In this document: piece by piece, positions 47,194 through 56,503 of the stretch
Position numbering within the stretch: the stretch's first letter is position 1
Layout: each line of letters begins with the position of its first letter
Source of the DNA: a bacterium
GTDB lineage: Bacteria > SAR324 > XYD2-FULL-50-16
Assembly: GCA_032250835.1 (NCBI GenBank)
Contig: JAVVEA010000016.1
Span: 1-64,000 of the forward strand
Direction: 5' to 3'
Length of the DNA stretch: 64,000 nucleotides
The notes under the pieces: model-generated
Seen by the model: only the letters and a program-made list of their open reading frames with translations
Databases searched by the model: none
Told to the model about the DNA's origin: nothing
Made by a program: the position numbers and the translations under genes

Positions 47194-48336
47194 TCAGCCC
47201 TTGAGCAACTCTTTGGCGATAACAATCCGCTGGACCTCCGAGGTTCCCTCATAGATCTCGGTGATTCGGGCGTCTCGAAAGAGGCGTTCAATGTCATATT
47301 CGGCGCTATAACCGTTGCCGCCGTGTATCTGTAGAGCTTCGTTGGCGCAGAAGCTAGCCGTCTCGGCGGCCAGCAGCTTGGCGGTGGCCGAAGCCTGGGA
47401 GACGGCCTTACCTTGCCCCTTTAGCCAAGCGGCTTTGTAGGTCACCAACCGGGCCGCTTCCAGGCGGCTGTACATATCGGCTAGCTTGAACTGGATCGCC
47501 TGAAAGTCCCCAATGGGGCGGCCAAATTGTTTACGCTCCTGGGCATAGGCCACCGAACGGTCCAAAGCGGCCTGGGCGATACCTAAGGCCTGGGCCGCAA
47601 TACTGATACGCCCGCCGTCTAAGGTCTTCATGGCGATTTTAAAGCCCTGCCCCTCTTCTCCAAGTAATTGGTCTTTAGGGATTTTTAGGCCGTCGAGCCC
47701 GAAGGCCGAAGTATAGCTGCCGCGGATACCTAGCTTTTCTTCGTTTTTGTAGAGGGTGACGCCGGGGCTGGAAAGGTCCACCACAAAGGCACTGATCCCC
47801 TTATACCCCAAGGTTCGGTCCCTGGTGGCAAAAAGAATGCCGGTGCCTAGGTAGCCACCATTGGTGATGAACTGTTTGGTGCCTTCAACCTCAAAATGAT
47901 CGCCCCGGTCTACGTATTGGGTGGCCAAACTGCCCACATCGCTACCTGCGCCCGACTCGGTCAGCATAAAACAACCGATTTTGTCTCCAGTGCAGAGCGG
48001 CTTCAGCCAGCGCTGTTTTTGCGCTTCACTGCCAAAGTGGTCTATAGGGGAGGCGGCCAGAGACACATGGGCGGCGACCAATACGCCGGTAGAAGCACAG
48101 GCCCGCGAGATTTCTTCGATGGCTATAATATAAGACAAATAGTCCAACCCGGCACCGCCCACGGTTTCGCTAAAGGGTGCGCCCCAAATGCCCATCTCGC
48201 TTAAGGCGGTCAAAACCGCTGGGTCCAACTGGTGCTTGCGGTCCGCCTCGGCGGCCCGAGGGGCAATCTCGGCCTCGGCCATCTCTTTGATGCTCGCCTG
48301 GACCAGCCGTTGGTCTTGGTTCAGTTCAAAATCCAT
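47194..48336 (-). CDS. Acyl-CoA dehydrogenase (short or branched-chain type)
   Basis: LTE..AGSD, GTKQFITN, R.QFG..I, QIHGGNGY and IYEGTSEVQ motifs; TGATG coupling. Confidence 0.93.
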   Translation of the reverse strand: MDFELNQDQRLVQASIKEMAEAEIAPRAAEADRKHQLDPAVLTALSEMGIWGAPFSETVGGAGLDYLSYIIAIEEISRACASTGVLVAAHVSLAASPIDHFGSEAQKQRWLKPLCTGDKIGCFMLTESGAGSDVGSLATQYVDRGDHFEVEGTKQFITNGGYLGTGILFATRDRTLGYKGISAFVVDLSSPGVTLYKNEEKLGIRGSYTSAFGLDGLKIPKDQLLGEEGQGFKIAMKTLDGGRISIAAQALGIAQAALDRSVAYAQERKQFGRPIGDFQAIQFKLADMYSRLEAARLVTYKAAWLKGQGKAVSQASATAKLLAAETASFCANEALQIHGGNGYSAEYDIERLFRDARITEIYEGTSEVQRIVIAKELLKG

Positions 48337-49514
48337 CAGCCCTCCCAACGCTTAAATAGAGCCGCCACCGCCTCACCACCGCCAATGCAAAGGGCGACAA
48401 TGCCGTAGCGCGCTTGGCGCTGGATCAGTTCTTCGACCAGCGTCACCACCAACCGGGCTCCACTCGCCCCAACGGGATGTCCCAAGGCCACGGCTCCGCC
48501 GTTTACGTTGAGTCGGCGTGGGTCTAGGGCCAAGGCCCCAATGGCCAACAGGGGCACGGCCGCAAAGGCTTCGTTGATCTCAAAAAGATCGATGTCCTTG
48601 ATCTTCAGTCGGGCCTTTTCCAAAACCCGCTGAATCGCCGGAATGGGCGCTAAGGTAAAGTCTTTGGGGGCTAAGCTGGCAGTGGCCCAACAGACCAATT
48701 CAGCTTTAGGCACCAGGCCCCTAGCCTGAGCCTCCGCTTCACTGGCCAGCAACACCGCCGCCGCACCGTCGTTGATGCTCGAAGAGTTGGCCGCCGTCAG
48801 GCTGCCTTGGGGATCAAAAACAGGCTTAAGTTGGGGGATTTTATCAAACTTCACCTTGCCGGGCTCTTCGTCGGTATCTACCACCATATAGCCTTTGCGG
48901 TCTTCTATGGTGATGGGCAAGATTTCTTTGGCTAGGCGGCCATTGCGCTGCGCATCCAGCGCCGCTTGGTAGCTGCGCAGACAGAATTCGTCTTGGGCGT
49001 CCCTTGAAATTTGTTTGCCCTTTAGTTGCTGTTCCACCAACCAGCCCATGGGCTGGCCCGAGTCGGGGTCCGTCAGGGCGTCATGAAAGAGCAAATCCAC
49101 CAAGGGCTTGTCCCCAGAGCGCAATCCAGCACGGGCCTTTAACAAGCCATGGGGCGCTTGGGACATAGATTCCATCCCGCCAGCGAGCACCAACCGGGAC
49201 TCTGAAGTTAAGATCGAAGCCCCACCGAGCATTAAGGACTTCAGGCCGGACCCGCAAACCTTGTTGATGGTCATGGCGGCCGTGGCGTCATCCAGGCCGG
49301 CCAAACGCATGGCCTGACGCGCCGGAGCTTGGCCCGAACCGGCTTGGATCACCTGACCCAAGACCACCTCGTCGATGGCCTTGGGACCCAAGTCGTTGCG
49401 TTGGATCAGGGACCCAAGCAGCGGAGCCGCCAACTGGGGGGCGCTCAGGGTAGACAAGGTGCCTCCCAGAGAGCCAAAGGGGGTCCGGATACCGTCGATG
49501 TAAAAGACTTTCAT
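48336..49514 (-). CDS. Acetyl-CoA C-acyltransferase (thiolase)
   Basis: NKVCGSG, NEAFA, GHPVGASG and CIGGG motifs. Confidence 0.94.
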   Translation of the reverse strand: MKVFYIDGIRTPFGSLGGTLSTLSAPQLAAPLLGSLIQRNDLGPKAIDEVVLGQVIQAGSGQAPARQAMRLAGLDDATAAMTINKVCGSGLKSLMLGGASILTSESRLVLAGGMESMSQAPHGLLKARAGLRSGDKPLVDLLFHDALTDPDSGQPMGWLVEQQLKGKQISRDAQDEFCLRSYQAALDAQRNGRLAKEILPITIEDRKGYMVVDTDEEPGKVKFDKIPQLKPVFDPQGSLTAANSSSINDGAAAVLLASEAEAQARGLVPKAELVCWATASLAPKDFTLAPIPAIQRVLEKARLKIKDIDLFEINEAFAAVPLLAIGALALDPRRLNVNGGAVALGHPVGASGARLVVTLVEELIQRQARYGIVALCIGGGEAVAALFKRWEG

Positions 49515-49552
49515 CGGCCTACCTGGCGCAGGTTACCCCCTCTAGTTGTCGC

Positions 49553-49951
49553 TTATTCGCCTTTGGATTTTCCCTTGGTAGAGGGGGCATCCCGAGACGT
49601 CCGCGTTCCCTCTGAGGGGGAGGGTTCGGTCTTGAGCATCATAAAGTCCTGAAAAAGGACCCTTTGCTGTTGGCCCGATTGGGCTTGGTAGATATAGGCA
49701 CCCTCAAACCCCTCGTTGAGTGGGCCGGGTCCGTCTAAATCGGTAGCGATCAACTTGGCACCGGCAAAGCAGTCACCAAGTCCCAGCGCATCGGGACGAA
49801 AGCCAAAGCCTTCATCACTCGATTCATCTAAGTAGAAAGATCCTTCTTCAAAGAGCTCGTCCAAATCAGCCGTGGTGAGGCGGCCGTTGGAGTCCGAACG
49901 CAATGCTAAGGTCATCTGATCTACACCAAAAAGCAGGAAGGAACGATTCAT
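49553..49951 (-). CDS. Hypothetical protein
   Basis: GGAGG RBS before ATG at 49951; first gene of the leftward operon; no family recognised. Confidence 0.55.
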   Translation of the reverse strand: MNRSFLLFGVDQMTLALRSDSNGRLTTADLDELFEEGSFYLDESSDEGFGFRPDALGLGDCFAGAKLIATDLDGPGPLNEGFEGAYIYQAQSGQQQRVLFQDFMMLKTEPSPSEGTRTSRDAPSTKGKSKGE

Positions 49952-50087
49952 TGGAGCCTCCGTTGAGGGTGGACCAGTAATTAAGACGCCCGCGCTGGGG
50001 GGACGTCTGCTTTCGTTGCCTCTAGTACTACCCTGTTTCACCCCGTCCTTACAAGAAGAGCTTTCTTAATTTCTTGCAAGGTCGGCA

Positions 50088-50109
50088 AGGTTTACGTTAA
50101 GGTAAACCT
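50088..50109. promoter_or_regulatory. Palindromic operator, LiuR-like (MerR family)
   Basis: AGGTTTAC-GTTAAG-GTAAACCT in the divergent intergenic region next to the MerR gene; covers the -10 of a possible leftward promoter (TTTACA-N18-TACCTT). Confidence 0.78.
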
Positions 50110-50201
50110 AAACTTCGGGTCCTGTAAAGTTTTTGTTGGACCCAGACGCAAGATGCCCCACCAAAGGCAACTGACGCCCAAACAAATTACCGGGCCCCAA
50201 C

Positions 50202-50600
50202 ATGAACAGCAACTCAAAATACCCGATCCCCATTGGCGAGCTAGCCAAGCAGCTCTCTATCACCACCCGTACCATCCGCTATTACGAGGAAATCGGGCTC
50301 ATGCCCGAGCCCCAAAGGATGGATTCGGGCGTCCGGGTTTATGGCCGCGAGGAGGTATTAAGACTTAAGTTCATTTTAAAACTCAAAGAATTAGGCATCA
50401 CCTTACATGAGATGCACGAGCTGGCCGAAATTTACCGGTCCGAACAAAGCCCCGAAAAGGTCATGCCCCGCTTGGTCCAAATATTAGACACCCACATCGC
50501 TCAGATCGACGGCAAGCTCAGCCGTATCGCCCAGCTTAGGGCGGATCTAGCCACTTACCGCCACCGAGTCGCCGAGCTCGGCCTTACCGAGAATCCCTGA
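50202..50600 (+). CDS. MerR-family transcriptional regulator (LiuR-like)
   Basis: IGELAK...IT.RTIRYYEE.GL HTH plus coiled coil; no metal-binding cysteines. Confidence 0.92.
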   Translation: MNSNSKYPIPIGELAKQLSITTRTIRYYEEIGLMPEPQRMDSGVRVYGREEVLRLKFILKLKELGITLHEMHELAEIYRSEQSPEKVMPRLVQILDTHIAQIDGKLSRIAQLRADLATYRHRVAELGLTENP

Positions 50601-50995
50601 TGAGTCAAGTTTTTACGGCCACCTTAGAAATCCGCTTTTCGGACCTAGACGCCTATGGTCACGTCAACAATGCCACCTATTTTACTTACCTTGAGTCCGC
50701 CAGGGTCAAGGTCTTTTCTGAGCGGTTCATCGACTTCATGAACGAAGGCTTGTTTTTTGTGGTCGCCCGCGCTGAGTGTGACTACAAAAAGCCGATCAAG
50801 CTCGAAGACCGCGAAGTGACCATAAACTTTCATTTGTCCGGCCAGGGCCGAACTAGCTTTGAAGTGGACTATGAAATTTTCGGCCCCAAGGGGCAATTAT
50901 TCGCCAAGGCCAAGACGGTTATGGTGGCCCTAGACGCCAAGACCGGCTCGCCCATGGCGATCCCCCAATCGATTGGGCAAAAGCTATTTGCTTGA
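50600..50995 (+). CDS. Acyl-CoA thioesterase (4HBT/YbgC hotdog family)
   Basis: RFSDLDAYGHVNNATYFTYLE motif. Confidence 0.92.
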   Translation: MSQVFTATLEIRFSDLDAYGHVNNATYFTYLESARVKVFSERFIDFMNEGLFFVVARAECDYKKPIKLEDREVTINFHLSGQGRTSFEVDYEIFGPKGQLFAKAKTVMVALDAKTGSPMAIPQSIGQKLFA

Positions 50996-51037
50996 GAGAC
51001 AAAGCGCCTTAAAAGAAAAACTCACTTTTGTAGAGTG

Positions 51038-51067
51038 GTTGACTTTTACGTCAACGTGGGCTAACAT
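51038..51067 (+). promoter_or_regulatory. Sigma-70 promoter of fadN overlapped by a LiuR-like operator
   Basis: TTGACT-N17-TAACAT; palindrome GTTGAC-TTTTAC-GTCAAC and overlapping TTTACGTCAACGT. Confidence 0.72.
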
Positions 51068-51112
51068 TGGCCCAACCTAAATTTTTTTCGAAACGCCAAA
51101 CCAAGGGTTTCT

Positions 51113-53461
51113 ATGCCGAGGATTCAAAAAGCCGCCGTATTGGGAGCCGGTGTGATGGGTGCCACCATCGCCGCCCATCTGGCCAACGCCGGGTTGGATG
51201 TCTTGCTTTTAGACATGCCGCCCAAATCCGGGGAAGACCGTGACGCCGTCGCCAAAGGCGCGCTCAAAGCGCTGGCCAAGTCCAAACCGGCAGCCCTGTA
51301 CCGGCCCCGCCACGGCATGCGTATCATGCCCGGCAACTTTGAAGACCATATCGCGCTGATTAAAGACTGCGACTGGGTGATTGAGGTGATCGTCGAGAAC
51401 TTGGCGATCAAAAAATCTTTCTACGAATCTAAGGTAGTGCCCAACCTGGGCCCTGATGCCATCATCAGCAGCAACTCAAGCGGTCTTTCGGTCCAGGCAA
51501 TGGCCGACTCACTACCGCCCGAAATCCAAAAACGCTTTTTATTGACCCACTTCTTCAACCCGCCCCGTTATATGCGGTTGATGGAGTTGGTTCCCTGCTC
51601 GGCTACCGACCCAGAGGTAATGGCCTTTATGGCCGACTTCATCGCCAGCCGCTTAGGCAAAGGGATTGTTTACGCCAAAGATACGCCCAACTTCGTGGCA
51701 AACCGGATCGGCGTTTATTCGATCTTTAACGCCATAAAACATATGGTGGAGATGAACTTGAGCGTCGAGCAGGTGGACGCCATCGCCGGGCCCGCCACCG
51801 GGCGCCCCAAATCAGCCGCCTTCCGCACCAGCGACTTGGTCGGCTTGGACACCATGGTCCACGTGGGCAACAACAGTTACCAAAATTTACCGAACGACGA
51901 AGAACGGGAAATTTTTAAAATCCCCGACTTCCTGGCCGAGATGATTGAAGCGGGCCAATTGGGCGACAAGACCGGCAAGGGTTTTTACCAAAAGACCACA
52001 GATGAATCAGGCAAACGGCTGATCACCTATTGGGACTATAAAGAAAAAACCTACAAGCCCCAAGAGAAGCCTAAATTCGCCAGCATCGGCACCGCCAAGC
52101 TGATGAACAGCCTAGCCGAACGGGTCCAAGCCCTATTGGCGGGCAAAGACGAAGCGGCCCAATTCGCTTGGGCCAACCTGCGCGACACGTTAATCTATAG
52201 CTACAACCGCCTCGGTGAGATTGCCGACGACGTGGTCAACGTAGACAACGCCATGCGCTGGGGCTTTAACTGGGAATTAGGTCCCTTTGAGATGCTCGAC
52301 GCCATCGGCGTGCCAAGCTTCGTCAAGCGGGCCCAGGCCGAAGGGACGTCACTCCCCGAGGGTCTAGCTGAAGTCACTTCCTTCTACCGCTTTGAAGAAG
52401 GGGAGAAACAATTTTGGGACCCCAAGGCAAAAGCCTACCAGCCCGTACCCCGTAAGACTGGCGAAATCGAGCTGGTGGCGCTGCACCATGGCGGCAAAGA
52501 GGTGATGGGCAACTCCGGAACCAGCTTGATCGACCTAGGCGACGGCATTTTTGGGCTAGAATTCCACTCAAAAATGAACAGCATCGGCGGCGACATCCTC
52601 AGCTTCACCCGCAAAGCGGTGGACTATGTGGAACGCAACGGTTTGGGGATGGTGGTCAGCAATCAGGGGGCCAACTTCTCGGTCGGGGCCAACCTGGGCC
52701 TATTAACCGCCGCCATCGCCGAAGGGGAATGGGACGAGATCAACATCATGATCAAAGCCTTCCAAAACGCCACCATGTCGCTTAAATATGCTCAAGTGCC
52801 GGTCGTGGCCGCGCCCTTCCGCATGGCCTTAGGTGGCGGCTGTGAATATAGCCTCCATTCAGACGCCGTCAACGCCTATGCCGAGACCTATATGGGCTTG
52901 GTGGAGGTGGGCGTGGGCATCTTGCCGGCCGGAGGCGGCACCAAGGAACTCTGCATCCGTGCTGTAGAACTAGGCGAGCAGTTCCAAACCGACCCCAGTC
53001 CTTATCTTTTTAAGTATTTCAAACAAATCGCCATGGCCAGCGTGTCCACCAGCGGGGAAGACCTCTTTGAGCTGGGCTATATGCGCCCTGGGGATCAGAT
53101 CACCATGGACTTTGACCGTTTGATCCATGACGCCAAGCTCAAGGCCTTGGCGCTAGCGGCCAACTACCGCCCGCCCAAAGCCCGCAGCGACATCCCCGCG
53201 CCGGGGCGTTCCATTGCGGCGAGCATGAAGTCTCAGGTCTGGAACCTCTTTAAGGGGGGCTTTGCCAGCGAGCACGACGCCAAGATCAGCGGTTATGTGG
53301 CCGATGTGATCACCGGCGGCGACGTCCCTACGGGCACCTTGATCAGCGAAGATTACCTGCTCGAACTAGAGCGCGAGGCCTTTTTGAAGCTCTGCGGCGA
53401 ACGCAAGACCTTCGAGCGCATCAGCCATACGCTAAAAACCGGCAAACCCTTACGCAACTAG
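51113..53461 (+). CDS. fadN: 3-hydroxyacyl-CoA dehydrogenase / enoyl-CoA hydratase (FadN-type)
   Basis: GAGVMG, HFFNPPRYM, C-terminal crotonase ALGGGCE and GLVEVGVG, and TGKPLRN end. Confidence 0.92.
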   Translation: MPRIQKAAVLGAGVMGATIAAHLANAGLDVLLLDMPPKSGEDRDAVAKGALKALAKSKPAALYRPRHGMRIMPGNFEDHIALIKDCDWVIEVIVENLAIKKSFYESKVVPNLGPDAIISSNSSGLSVQAMADSLPPEIQKRFLLTHFFNPPRYMRLMELVPCSATDPEVMAFMADFIASRLGKGIVYAKDTPNFVANRIGVYSIFNAIKHMVEMNLSVEQVDAIAGPATGRPKSAAFRTSDLVGLDTMVHVGNNSYQNLPNDEEREIFKIPDFLAEMIEAGQLGDKTGKGFYQKTTDESGKRLITYWDYKEKTYKPQEKPKFASIGTAKLMNSLAERVQALLAGKDEAAQFAWANLRDTLIYSYNRLGEIADDVVNVDNAMRWGFNWELGPFEMLDAIGVPSFVKRAQAEGTSLPEGLAEVTSFYRFEEGEKQFWDPKAKAYQPVPRKTGEIELVALHHGGKEVMGNSGTSLIDLGDGIFGLEFHSKMNSIGGDILSFTRKAVDYVERNGLGMVVSNQGANFSVGANLGLLTAAIAEGEWDEINIMIKAFQNATMSLKYAQVPVVAAPFRMALGGGCEYSLHSDAVNAYAETYMGLVEVGVGILPAGGGTKELCIRAVELGEQFQTDPSPYLFKYFKQIAMASVSTSGEDLFELGYMRPGDQITMDFDRLIHDAKLKALALAANYRPPKARSDIPAPGRSIAASMKSQVWNLFKGGFASEHDAKISGYVADVITGGDVPTGTLISEDYLLELEREAFLKLCGERKTFERISHTLKTGKPLRN

Positions 53462-53468
53462 GAGTAGC

Positions 53469-54647
53469 ATGAGCACCGCTTATTTGATCGCCGCCAAACG
53501 GACCGCTGGCTGCAAAGCCAACAAAGGCAAATTCCAAAACGTACGCCCAGACCGACTGGCCGCCGAAGTGATCCAAGACGTGCTGGCCGGACTCAGTTTT
53601 GATCCCGCCCTGATCGAAGATGTCATCCTCGGCTGTGCCTTTCCCGAAGGGGAACAGGGCATGAACGTAGGGCGCATCGCCGCCATGAAGGCAGGCCTGC
53701 CCCAATCGGTCCCCGGCATGACCATCAACCGCTTTTGTTCTAGTGGCTTACAGTCCATCGCTTTAGCCGCCGGACAAATCGCCGCCGGTTCTGCCGACGC
53801 CATCTTGGCCGGTGGGGTAGAGAGCATGTCTATGGTTCCCATGGGCGGCAACAAATACAGCGCCGACCCCGACTTGGTCAAAAACTGGCCAGAATCTTAC
53901 GCCGGGATGGGCATCACCGCGGAGTTAGTCGCCGAGCAATGGAAGATTGGCCGCGAGGCGATGGACCAATTCGCCGTCCAAAGCCACCAACGCGCCGCCG
54001 CCGCCATTGCGGCGGGGAAGTTTAAAGAAGAGATCACCCCGATCACCGTGGAAAGTGCCCTCTTGCAGGGCAAAAAAATCGTCAAATCCAGTGAAGTGGT
54101 AGACATCGATGACGGCGTCCGGCCCGATAGCAGCGTTGAAGCCCTGGCCAAGCTCAAGCCGGTCTTTAAAGCCGGCGGATCGGTTACCGCCGGCAACTCC
54201 AGCCAAACCACCGACGGAGCCGCCGTGGCCCTGGTGGTCAGTGAAGCTTTCATGAAGACCCACAACCTCACCCCCATTGCCCGTTTTGTGAGCTTTGCGG
54301 TGACGGGCTGTGCGCCCGAGATCATGGGCATCGGCCCGATTTATGCGGTGCCTAAGGCATTGCAGCGGGCCGGGCTCAAGCAGAGTGACATCGAGCTTTT
54401 TGAGCTCAACGAAGCCTTCGCCGCCCAATCTCTGGCGGTCTTGCAAGAACTTAAGCTCGACCCCTCAATCGTCAACGTCAACGGCGGGGCCATTGCCTTA
54501 GGCCACCCTCTCGGTTGTTCGGGAGCCAAACTAACGGCGACACTGCTGGCCGAGATGCGGCGGCGCAAAAACAAGTATGGCGTGGTGACTATGTGTATCG
54601 GCGGGGGCATGGGTGCCGCTGGTGTGTTTGAAAACTTGGTGCTTTAG
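53469..54647 (+). CDS. fadA: 3-ketoacyl-CoA thiolase
   Basis: NRFCSSG, NEAFA, GHPLG and MCIGGGMG motifs. Confidence 0.93.
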   Translation: MSTAYLIAAKRTAGCKANKGKFQNVRPDRLAAEVIQDVLAGLSFDPALIEDVILGCAFPEGEQGMNVGRIAAMKAGLPQSVPGMTINRFCSSGLQSIALAAGQIAAGSADAILAGGVESMSMVPMGGNKYSADPDLVKNWPESYAGMGITAELVAEQWKIGREAMDQFAVQSHQRAAAAIAAGKFKEEITPITVESALLQGKKIVKSSEVVDIDDGVRPDSSVEALAKLKPVFKAGGSVTAGNSSQTTDGAAVALVVSEAFMKTHNLTPIARFVSFAVTGCAPEIMGIGPIYAVPKALQRAGLKQSDIELFELNEAFAAQSLAVLQELKLDPSIVNVNGGAIALGHPLGCSGAKLTATLLAEMRRRKNKYGVVTMCIGGGMGAAGVFENLVL

Positions 54648-54655
54648 GAGGACCG

Positions 54656-56425
54656 ATGGCAGATTTGATCAAAGGCGCAGAATTCCTACTCCGCGAGGTA
54701 CTGCCCGAAGCGGTGTTTACGCCCGAAGACTTTAGCGACGAACACAAACAGATTGCCGAAACCACCCTGGACTTTGTGACCAAAGAAGTCCTGCCCGCCG
54801 TCGAAGAAATCGACCACCAGGATTTTGACAAGGTTAAGGAATTGATGGGCCAGTGCGGCGAGTTGGGTCTTTTGATGACCGATGCGCCCGAAGAGTACGG
54901 CGGACTGGACCTAGACAAAGTGACCAGCATGATTGTCGCTGAAAACATCGCCCGCACCGGTGCCTTCAGCGTCTCCTTTACCGCCCATACCGGGATCGGC
55001 ACCTTACCGCTGATCTATTACGGTACGCCGGAACAAAAAACCAAGTACTTAGAAAAGCTAACCACCGGCGAGTGGATCGCCGCTTACTGCCTAACCGAAC
55101 CGGGCAGCGGCTCCGACGCCTTGGACGTATCCAGCACCGCGACCTTAGAAGGGGACCACTATGTCCTCAACGGCACCAAGCAGTTCATCACCAACGGCGG
55201 GATCGCCGAGTTGTTCACCATCTTCGTTAAGATCGACAAAGAGCACTTCACCGCCTTCTTGGTGGAGCGCGGCTATGAGGGGCTAACCATCGGGCCCGAA
55301 GAAAAGAAAATGGGCATCAAGGGCAGCAGCACCACCCAGGTGATTATGGACCACGTCAAGGTGCCCAAAGAAAACCTCTTGGGCCAGATTGGCAAGGGCC
55401 ACAAGATCGCCTTTAACATCCTCAACATTGGCCGCCTCAAGTTGGGTGCTTGCGTCAACGGCGCGGGCAAACAGGCGATCTTACCGGCCTTAGAATACGC
55501 CAAAGAGCGCAAGCAGTTTGGCCAGCCTATCGCCGAATTCGGGGCCATCCAAGAGAAGGTGGCCGACCTGATGAGTGACCTATACGCCTCCGAATCCCTA
55601 GTCTACCGCCTAGCGGGCGACATCGACGCTTCCTTTGGGCTGCTCGACAAGTCTGCCGAGGACTATTATGCCCAGCAAGAGACGGCATTGGCCGACTTTA
55701 GCGCCGAATGCGCGATTTCCAAGGTTTTCTGTTCGGAGATGTTGCAGCGCTTGGTGGATGAGGTTTTGCAGATCCACGGTGGTTATGGCTTTTTGCAGGA
55801 ATATCCGGCGGAGCGCTTTTACCGTGACGAGCGGATCAACCGAATTTATGAAGGCACCAACGAGATCAACCGTCTCTTGGTTCCCGGCACCATCTTAAAG
55901 AAGGGCCTTAAAGGCGAGTTGCCTTTGCAAAAAAAGGCCATGGCCGCCATCGAGGGCTTGATGAGCCCCAACTTCGATGAGCCGGACCCTGCCGACCCTT
56001 TCGGCAAGATGAAAGAGGCGGTGGCGAACGCCAAACAAATCTTCCTGATCCTCTCGGGGGCGGCGGTACAAAAGTACATGGCCCAACTCCAGAAGGAACA
56101 AGAAATGTTGATGGCTGCGGCCGACGTGGCGATTCAGATTTATGCCATGGAATCGGCCATGCTCCGTGCCGCCAAGGTATACCCCAAGGTTTCGCCCGCC
56201 AAGCAAGCGCTCTATATGGCCCTGGCCACCACCAGCGTTTTTGCTTGCATGGAACGCTTGGCTACCGCCGCCAAACGAGGAGCCTACTACATCGAAGAAG
56301 GTGACAACCTAGCCATGATCTTAAGCGGCGTGCGGCGTTACACTAAATTTGACGCTTCGGGCCTGTTGGCGGCCAAGCGCTTGATTGCCAAAACCACCTT
56401 AGAGGGGGGTAAGTACCCGCTGTAA
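54656..56425 (+). CDS. fadE: Acyl-CoA dehydrogenase (long, FadE-type)
   Basis: AYCLTEPGSGSDA, QIHGGYG and RINRIYEGTNEINR motifs; fadN-fadA-fadE gene order. Confidence 0.92.
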   Translation: MADLIKGAEFLLREVLPEAVFTPEDFSDEHKQIAETTLDFVTKEVLPAVEEIDHQDFDKVKELMGQCGELGLLMTDAPEEYGGLDLDKVTSMIVAENIARTGAFSVSFTAHTGIGTLPLIYYGTPEQKTKYLEKLTTGEWIAAYCLTEPGSGSDALDVSSTATLEGDHYVLNGTKQFITNGGIAELFTIFVKIDKEHFTAFLVERGYEGLTIGPEEKKMGIKGSSTTQVIMDHVKVPKENLLGQIGKGHKIAFNILNIGRLKLGACVNGAGKQAILPALEYAKERKQFGQPIAEFGAIQEKVADLMSDLYASESLVYRLAGDIDASFGLLDKSAEDYYAQQETALADFSAECAISKVFCSEMLQRLVDEVLQIHGGYGFLQEYPAERFYRDERINRIYEGTNEINRLLVPGTILKKGLKGELPLQKKAMAAIEGLMSPNFDEPDPADPFGKMKEAVANAKQIFLILSGAAVQKYMAQLQKEQEMLMAAADVAIQIYAMESAMLRAAKVYPKVSPAKQALYMALATTSVFACMERLATAAKRGAYYIEEGDNLAMILSGVRRYTKFDASGLLAAKRLIAKTTLEGGKYPL

Positions 56426-56503
56426 CCTAAGCATTTCCACGGCTTGCCAAGGATAGGCGGCTCAGGCAGACTGGCGCACAACCCCTTAGGAAATCCCTAA
56501 TTG

